A DNA stretch of 32,015 nucleotides from the IMG/VR virus record IMGVR_UViG_3300023215_001996, positions 1 to 32,015 of that record. One strand, written 5' to 3'. A model generated the notes under the pieces. It made no database searches. It was not told where the DNA came from and saw only the letters and a program-made list of their open reading frames with translations. This document shows, in pieces, positions 26,065 through 32,015 of this stretch; position 1 is the first letter of the stretch; each line of letters opens with the position of its first letter. This DNA comes from a virus. Lineage: Duplodnaviria > Caudoviricetes. A program made the position numbers and the translations under genes.

Positions 26065-27915
26065 ATGGCTGAACATTTTATATTAAAAGGAAAGCATCGG
26101 TTTGTAGAAGCACCGAACCGTTTCTTTTTACGGATGAATTTGAAGAAGAATTTATATTCAACTACTGGGCTAATAAAAATGGCAGATGAAAATGGTAGGG
26201 AATTTTGGTATCAATATCATGGCCGAGGAACCAACAGTAAAAGTTCCCAAGGTGCAATATACGATGCAGGTATAGAGGCTCTCAAAAAAGGAGATCTGAA
26301 AGGTATCGCAGGTTGGGGTACACTTAAAAAGTTAGATATATTAGATCCAGATAAATATTGGGAAGAGTTCCAGGCAAAAAATCAGAAGGAACAGCCCACA
26401 GATATTTTTAATTTCCGCCAGCAAGCGATTAATGAACCGCCTATTGAGAAAGAAACTGGTGGTGCTAAACAGCTTGCACTATATAACAGGGCTGTAGGAT
26501 CTGAATTTAAGGGTTCTATGGAAGACTGGGAAAAAAGTGTTGATGAGAAGTCAGCAGGTTATATGGATGCCGTAAAAAATAGGACACTTACACCAGAAGC
26601 AGCATCTGCCATGGATGCACAAGTAGCCGACAGTGATAAAACTTGGTTCGATGATGTCAAAAAAGGGGTTAAAGATTGGGGAGCAAAACAAGATGTTAAA
26701 GCTGGGCAAAGAAGACTTGAAGCATATAAAAAACAAATGCAATTAAAAATTAGTGAAGAGGCTAAAGAAAAAACCGAATCCGAATTTTCAAAATGGGTGA
26801 CCGGTATAAAGAAAAATTATGCTGATTATGATGCAAGCCGTAAAACAGAAAACGCTGCAAAGGCAAAGAAAAAAGCGGAGCGGTCCCCTTTTGAAAAGCT
26901 GCCAAAATATATGCAACGTAGAATTGATTTAAAAATAAAAGAGATGGAACTGATTTATGGTGATGAGCCTAGAAGGGCAAAGATCGCAGCATACAAAAAA
27001 ACAGCGGCTGATAAGGTCGCAAAATACAAAAAAACAGAGGCTGATAAGGTAGAAGCAAAGGATGATTTATATAATGAGTTATATAAACTTGAAAAGAGTT
27101 TGAGTCAACAGGGTCATTTGAAATCTTTAGATGAATCGTCACCAGAGGAATGGATTGCTTATGTAAGCAAACTAAACGCAGCTGCACAATCCAGGGCAAA
27201 AAGAGATTATGACAGGGTTCAACAAATCCGTCAAGAATTAGGGATGCCATCAATAACCGGTGGTTCTTTCGAAGTGCCAGATACCTCTGATACTCTAGAT
27301 ACTTCTGATAATAATGTAGCCACTAACAATAGTCAAAACGCAGGTGGAACTACTGTATCTTCCGGGCCTGGTTCAACTATTCCACAGATAGGAGAAGAAC
27401 GACAATTTGGGGAAGTTACCGAAAAGTACACATCAAAAGGTACCTGGGTGGCAATCTCTGACCAAGACGAAACGACAAAGATTCAACATGCCGGAGGATC
27501 TGGATCCTCATCATTTGATAATAGTAAAGGCGATAGCGGTGTAAAGCAAGATAGCAAAGGATGGGATGAACTTGTAAAAATAATTGCCTCTGGGGATTCA
27601 GGGGAGATTAAAAAACTGGATTACATACAAGATAAAGCAAAAGCCACAGGAAGTATTTATGATTGGAATGGTAAAAAGAATCTTTCCCCCCCCGGAATAA
27701 AAGCTATAGAAACTGGCAAAGTAATAGATATAAAAAGTGGCAAATCCAAAGCAATTAAAATTGGCATGTCTACATGGGGGCAGATTAGAAGAACTAATTG
27801 GTACCAAAAGTACATCAAAAGCAATAAGATCTCCAGTGATAGAAAAGCTGAATTAAGGAAGTGGGCTAAAGATAAAACTTTATCATTGCCGGAATGGGTA
27901 GATATGAAATCTTAA
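26065..27915 (+). CDS. Putative DNA ejection protein (K/E-rich coiled coil)
   Basis: 616 aa, AGGAG RBS, position before the giant virion protein. Confidence 0.5.
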   Translation: MAEHFILKGKHRFVEAPNRFFLRMNLKKNLYSTTGLIKMADENGREFWYQYHGRGTNSKSSQGAIYDAGIEALKKGDLKGIAGWGTLKKLDILDPDKYWEEFQAKNQKEQPTDIFNFRQQAINEPPIEKETGGAKQLALYNRAVGSEFKGSMEDWEKSVDEKSAGYMDAVKNRTLTPEAASAMDAQVADSDKTWFDDVKKGVKDWGAKQDVKAGQRRLEAYKKQMQLKISEEAKEKTESEFSKWVTGIKKNYADYDASRKTENAAKAKKKAERSPFEKLPKYMQRRIDLKIKEMELIYGDEPRRAKIAAYKKTAADKVAKYKKTEADKVEAKDDLYNELYKLEKSLSQQGHLKSLDESSPEEWIAYVSKLNAAAQSRAKRDYDRVQQIRQELGMPSITGGSFEVPDTSDTLDTSDNNVATNNSQNAGGTTVSSGPGSTIPQIGEERQFGEVTEKYTSKGTWVAISDQDETTKIQHAGGSGSSSFDNSKGDSGVKQDSKGWDELVKIIASGDSGEIKKLDYIQDKAKATGSIYDWNGKKNLSPPGIKAIETGKVIDIKSGKSKAIKIGMSTWGQIRRTNWYQKYIKSNKISSDRKAELRKWAKDKTLSLPEWVDMKS

Positions 27916-28164
27916 ATGATGGATAAAATATGGATAGAATATGGATTTACAGGGTTGTCAGCTATCGTGCTTGGTGGCCTTATTACTTTTCTTACAAAAA
28001 CATTAATGCGAAAGCTAGAAGAGATTGACAACAAAGTCATTGCTTTAATAAATCGTTGGAATCGCAGTGATGAGTCAAGAGACAGAAGACATGAGGATAT
28101 TATCAAAGAAATCAACGATATCAGCGATGACCTGAATTATCTAAAAGGTCGTCAGGCTAAGTAG
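27916..28164 (+). CDS. Single-TM plus coiled-coil protein, holin-like (BhlA/UviB-type architecture)
   Basis: YGFTGLSAIVLGGLITFL then a charged coiled coil. Confidence 0.5.
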   Translation: MMDKIWIEYGFTGLSAIVLGGLITFLTKTLMRKLEEIDNKVIALINRWNRSDESRDRRHEDIIKEINDISDDLNYLKGRQAK

Positions 28165-28242
28165 TGTTATAGTATGCTTGGCAAGGAGAAGTGGCCTTCT
28201 AGGTACCAAATACGAGGCCGATTTTTAGGCAAATAGGTAAAA

Positions 28243-31200
28243 ATGGCATATCCCAATATATACAGTACAGTTTTTCAATTTGAGAACAGCGATAGTGATC
28301 GTGGCAAGCGGCACAATAACTGGGGTGCACATATATGGACATCTGAATTATCAAATTTGTATGGTGCCACAAAGGGTGAATCATTCGTAGGCCAGGATGG
28401 ATTAACCTATTATACTGCTGCATATCAAGATATTAAAAGTGGGGATGCTGCCAGTAAATATATTGTTGATCAATTGTGGGAACGATCCGGTAAAGATCCA
28501 TATCAATTTGCTTCAACGTATACCGGTCACGCATTGGATCACGAAACCGTTAGGTCTATTGGTGATGATATAACGAGAAGTCTGGGTTCGCAAGTAAGCC
28601 AGGACCAGACACAAGTTAACGGTGCTGCTGTAGCCGATGACGTATATGATGGTGATGAACAATTAGAGTTTGTTAAGCCAGAAGAAGACCAACCACAACA
28701 AGCATCCGACACCCAAGTCCAAAAAGTTATGAATGCAGCTGCCACTGTCCAAAAGAAATTAGACCAACAGCAGGTTATCAAAGATAATTATCAAGTTCTG
28801 GTTGAAACATATCCAGCACTTTACTCTGAAATCAAATCATTGGTAGCAGAAGGTGAGTTAGATCTTCCAACTATAGTTAATATTGTAAGAGAAAAAGCAA
28901 AAGCAAAAAAGGATAAAAAAGCACAAGAGGAATTTGAGCGATTACATCCTCCACCAGTGTTAGACTTTTTTGATAAGGTTGCAGAATTTGGAACTTGGAA
29001 ATGGACGCAAGTCCTTCCATTCTTTGGCAGCGGTGCCGAAGCAATTGAACTTGGCATATTGGTGGTGGCGGCAAATGCTTTAGAAGATGGAACAGCTTCA
29101 GAACGACAGATTAAAATATTAACAGAATATGTTGAATTCTCCAGGGCTGATAAAACGTGGATGTATAATACATTGAATCTAGTTGCTCACTTACCGGCAT
29201 TTGCTGGTGAGATCTGGGCGACTGGAGGAATATATACGGCTGGAAAAAAGGTATCATTAGAAACTGCTAAGGCAGTTTTAAAGAAACTTCTTACTACATC
29301 TGGTCAGAAGACATTACGTCAATATTCACAGAAAAAGGCAGGCGGAATAGCCGTTAAGTCTGCGACAGCCGTGGCCGGTGCTACAGCACAGACTCTTCCA
29401 GCTGGCGTTACTAGGATTACAGCGGAGACAATTGGAAGAACACTGCCTCAAATGCAATTGACACCGGAAGAAGAGTTAGTGATTACTGGTCCGGGTGATT
29501 CAGCCTGGGATGCATTGATCCTTGCAACTAAAGGACAGTGGATTGAAATGGTATCTGAAAGAACTGGTGGTTTATTTAAAGAATTAGGCAAATCAGCCAA
29601 GGAACTAATGGCCAGAAACTTATTAATGAAAAAATGGTTCACAAAAAATCCCACCGCTGCTCCATCGGCATTCAGAGCAGTATTAGATGAAGTTGGTTAT
29701 CATGGCGTAATAAATGAGATCTTGGAAGAACGAGTTTCAGCAATAGCAAGAGCCACACCTGTTATTGGCACTGGTGGGGAACTAGAAGATCCTACCACTT
29801 TAGAATTTTGGAAACAGCTTTCATCTGAAATGGTGGCATTTTCCTTTGTTCCATTGGTCGGCAAAGCATTTGATTATAGAGAAGGAAAGAAGAAAAAAGA
29901 TTCTATGAAAGTTGACACGGAGGGAGTGCCAACCCCAGGAACAGTATCAACAGAAGAAGAAACAAAAGAACGAAGAATATCTAAGGTCAAGGCCCTGGAT
30001 GAGATTAATGCAGCTGAAAAAGCTGGTGAAACCTCTTCTGGAGTTGCAAAATTAGCCAGGACAATACTTAGTCGTGATCCAGACTTTGATTCAAGATCCA
30101 GCATAGCTATTAGTACAGAATTAATAGAATTAACTGATGAATATATCGAAGAAAAATTGGGTCAGACTGCTGAAGAATTTTTTGCTGACGAAGGCATGAC
30201 AGTAGAGGAAGGCGAAGTAGCATATGGCACTGGTTATACTGAGGTGGTGGATACTATTGATGGACAGGTCAAGACGGCTATCCATCTATTTAAAGGCCAT
30301 GATGCCGATACTCTTGTTGAAGAATTCTATCATGATTTTTGGGAACGTATGCCTGAAAAAGATCGAAAGGCTTTTGGCAAATATCATATAGCTTCCGGAG
30401 ATAGCAGATCAGTAGCAGAACATTTCGGTCAGGAAGGAAGAGACTTCTTCTTTAGTGAGAAGATGCATGAAGACGCTGGTGGGATACGAGAACTATTTGT
30501 TAATGCCAGGAATGCGTTAAAGGAACTAATCGCCAGGATCAGGACCATCAGGGGTGCCATGATACCAAAAAGGATCATAGATATATACACTGCTGCCGGT
30601 AAGAGGGAATTGCCAACAGTAAAAGAGCCGGGTCCCGGGAAACCAAAGAAAAAATTTCAAGCCAGGAAGACAATAGAGCCACTTAATAAAAAACAGAAGA
30701 CAGATCTAAAAAAGAGAAAGCTGCTGTTCCAGCTACGGGCCAAACCAAAGAGTAAAGAATTCAAGTCCTGGTTTGGAGATAGTAAGGTGGTGGATGACCA
30801 GGGTAACCCTATGGTGATGTATCATGGGACCAATGAAAGTTTTGATGAGTTTATGCCAATGGCATATGTTTCACCTAGTGCTGATGTTGGGAACTTTTAT
30901 GCTAGGGATCATAGAGGTTTGAGAGAAGAGCCAGGAACTGAAGAAGGAGGTCAAGTTCTTCCAGTGTATGTAAGTATACAAAATCCTTTTGATTTTCATA
31001 GTGATAGAATTGATTTAGGTGAATCAACAAACTTTGAAGAATTTATTTTTGAGGTAAATGCGAAATTAAAAGAAGATGGTAAGAAAGAATTCACTGAAGA
31101 CGAGAAAGAATCTATATGGGATATGGTTACTGTTAATATAGCAGAGATAGACCAAATGGCTGGTAAAGATTTGACATCAGATGCTTATAGTAAAGATGAG

Positions 31201-32015
31201 GATTTTAACACCTATAGTTTTATAGATATGAATTTAGTTCTTCAGGAAATTTTAGAAGATAGGGGATATGATGGAATCAAGTCCAGTGAGTTTATCCTGG
31301 AAGAAGAAAACCCTGAAGTTTATATAGCCTTTAACCCTAACCAGATCAAAGGCGAGTTCAATGCCAAGCCTACCATGAGTCCGAAGATTATGTTCCAGGT
31401 CAGGAAGAAGACAGCAGATCTAAAGCTAAAGGAAAAGCCTAGATCTAAAGAGTTTAAATCCTGGTTTGGAGATAGTAAGGTTGTTGACGATAAGGGGGAA
31501 CCCCTGGTTGTTTATCATGGGACAAATAATGAATTTGACGTATTTAATATTGGACTTAGTGGTATATCGTCAGGTGTTGATACAGGAGCATTCTGGTTTA
31601 CTGATGCAGTAGGAGCAACTCAAGAATTTGGTGAAGAAATCACAATGCCTGTTTACCTCCAGATTAAAAACCCATTAATTATTGATAAAAGAAACAGGGC
31701 ATTTAAAAACACGAATGAGCCAGTAGAAATAATTAGAAAAGCACAGAAAGAAGGGCATGATGGTGTTATAATAAAAGATGTTCGTGATGGTATGTTTTTG
31801 AGTAATGTATATGCAACTTTTGAACCCACCCAGATCAAAGGCGAGTTCAATGCCAAGCCTACCAAGGGCCCGAAGATTATGTTCCAGGCCAGGAAGGGAA
31901 GGTTACAACTCCAGCTTGAAAAGGAAGAAGCCAGGATTGATAAGAAGTTTGGCGTTGAAAAGTGGACGGATGAGTTTGTTTTAGATCCACCCCAAAGATT
32001 AGTTGATGTACAACA
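28243..32015 (+). CDS. Giant polyvalent virion/ejection protein (>1257 aa, 3' truncated): lysozyme-like N-terminus, degenerate zincin-like domain, two ADP-ribosyltransferase-like domains
   Basis: Hand translation from ATG 28243 has no stop to the window end; RGKRHNNWG (28300), TLVEEFYH (30310), two FKSWFGDSKVVD..G.P.V.YHGT...G.DG...F.P.QIK domains. Confidence 0.85.
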   Translation, partial: MAYPNIYSTVFQFENSDSDRGKRHNNWGAHIWTSELSNLYGATKGESFVGQDGLTYYTAAYQDIKSGDAASKYIVDQLWERSGKDPYQFASTYTGHALDHETVRSIGDDITRSLGSQVSQDQTQVNGAAVADDVYDGDEQLEFVKPEEDQPQQASDTQVQKVMNAAATVQKKLDQQQVIKDNYQVLVETYPALYSEIKSLVAEGELDLPTIVNIVREKAKAKKDKKAQEEFERLHPPPVLDFFDKVAEFGTWKWTQVLPFFGSGAEAIELGILVVAANALEDGTASERQIKILTEYVEFSRADKTWMYNTLNLVAHLPAFAGEIWATGGIYTAGKKVSLETAKAVLKKLLTTSGQKTLRQYSQKKAGGIAVKSATAVAGATAQTLPAGVTRITAETIGRTLPQMQLTPEEELVITGPGDSAWDALILATKGQWIEMVSERTGGLFKELGKSAKELMARNLLMKKWFTKNPTAAPSAFRAVLDEVGYHGVINEILEERVSAIARATPVIGTGGELEDPTTLEFWKQLSSEMVAFSFVPLVGKAFDYREGKKKKDSMKVDTEGVPTPGTVSTEEETKERRISKVKALDEINAAEKAGETSSGVAKLARTILSRDPDFDSRSSIAISTELIELTDEYIEEKLGQTAEEFFADEGMTVEEGEVAYGTGYTEVVDTIDGQVKTAIHLFKGHDADTLVEEFYHDFWERMPEKDRKAFGKYHIASGDSRSVAEHFGQEGRDFFFSEKMHEDAGGIRELFVNARNALKELIARIRTIRGAMIPKRIIDIYTAAGKRELPTVKEPGPGKPKKKFQARKTIEPLNKKQKTDLKKRKLLFQLRAKPKSKEFKSWFGDSKVVDDQGNPMVMYHGTNESFDEFMPMAYVSPSADVGNFYARDHRGLREEPGTEEGGQVLPVYVSIQNPFDFHSDRIDLGESTNFEEFIFEVNAKLKEDGKKEFTEDEKESIWDMVTVNIAEIDQMAGKDLTSDAYSKDEDFNTYSFIDMNLVLQEILEDRGYDGIKSSEFILEEENPEVYIAFNPNQIKGEFNAKPTMSPKIMFQVRKKTADLKLKEKPRSKEFKSWFGDSKVVDDKGEPLVVYHGTNNEFDVFNIGLSGISSGVDTGAFWFTDAVGATQEFGEEITMPVYLQIKNPLIIDKRNRAFKNTNEPVEIIRKAQKEGHDGVIIKDVRDGMFLSNVYATFEPTQIKGEFNAKPTKGPKIMFQARKGRLQLQLEKEEARIDKKFGVEKWTDEFVLDPPQRLVDVQ

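Noticed and set aside
360-31865. Numerous short opposite-strand or off-frame ORFs in the track (e.g. 881-1318, 11277-11672, 24496-24924, 28539-31865 on the - strand)
   Set aside because: They shadow well-supported genes and show no recognisable motifs; those after 28200 lie opposite the giant + strand ORF.

Overview
About 32 kb of a tailed, probably temperate, podovirus-like dsDNA phage (roughly 38% GC by eye; host not determinable from sequence). The layout is: a + strand early/replication module (HTH excisionase-like protein, peptide deformylase with a SEC-C tail, PD-(D/E)XK exonuclease, SSB, a C5 DNA methyltransferase spread over overlapping frames, replication initiator with internal iterons, helicase-loader-like protein, NinG-like nuclease, many small ORFs); a - strand cassette (tyrosine integrase, three small ORFs, ribbon-helix-helix regulator); and a + strand late module (TerS, TerL, portal, scaffold, major capsid, adaptors, nozzle, repeat-rich tail proteins, ejection proteins). 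A giant ORF absent from the ORF track starts at 28243 and runs off the window. Most notable: (1) a three-piece, two-frame cytosine methyltransferase with five putative target-recognition modules, together with apparent absence of GCGC/CGCG and excess of CCGG/CCWGG/GGCC/GATC; (2) a giant injected polyvalent protein with tandem ADP-ribosyltransferase-like cassettes that have near-identical DNA flanks; (3) a structured intergenic RNA whose loop is complementary to the integrase translation start; (4) an apparently split nozzle gene. All calls come from motif recognition by eye; no database searches were run.
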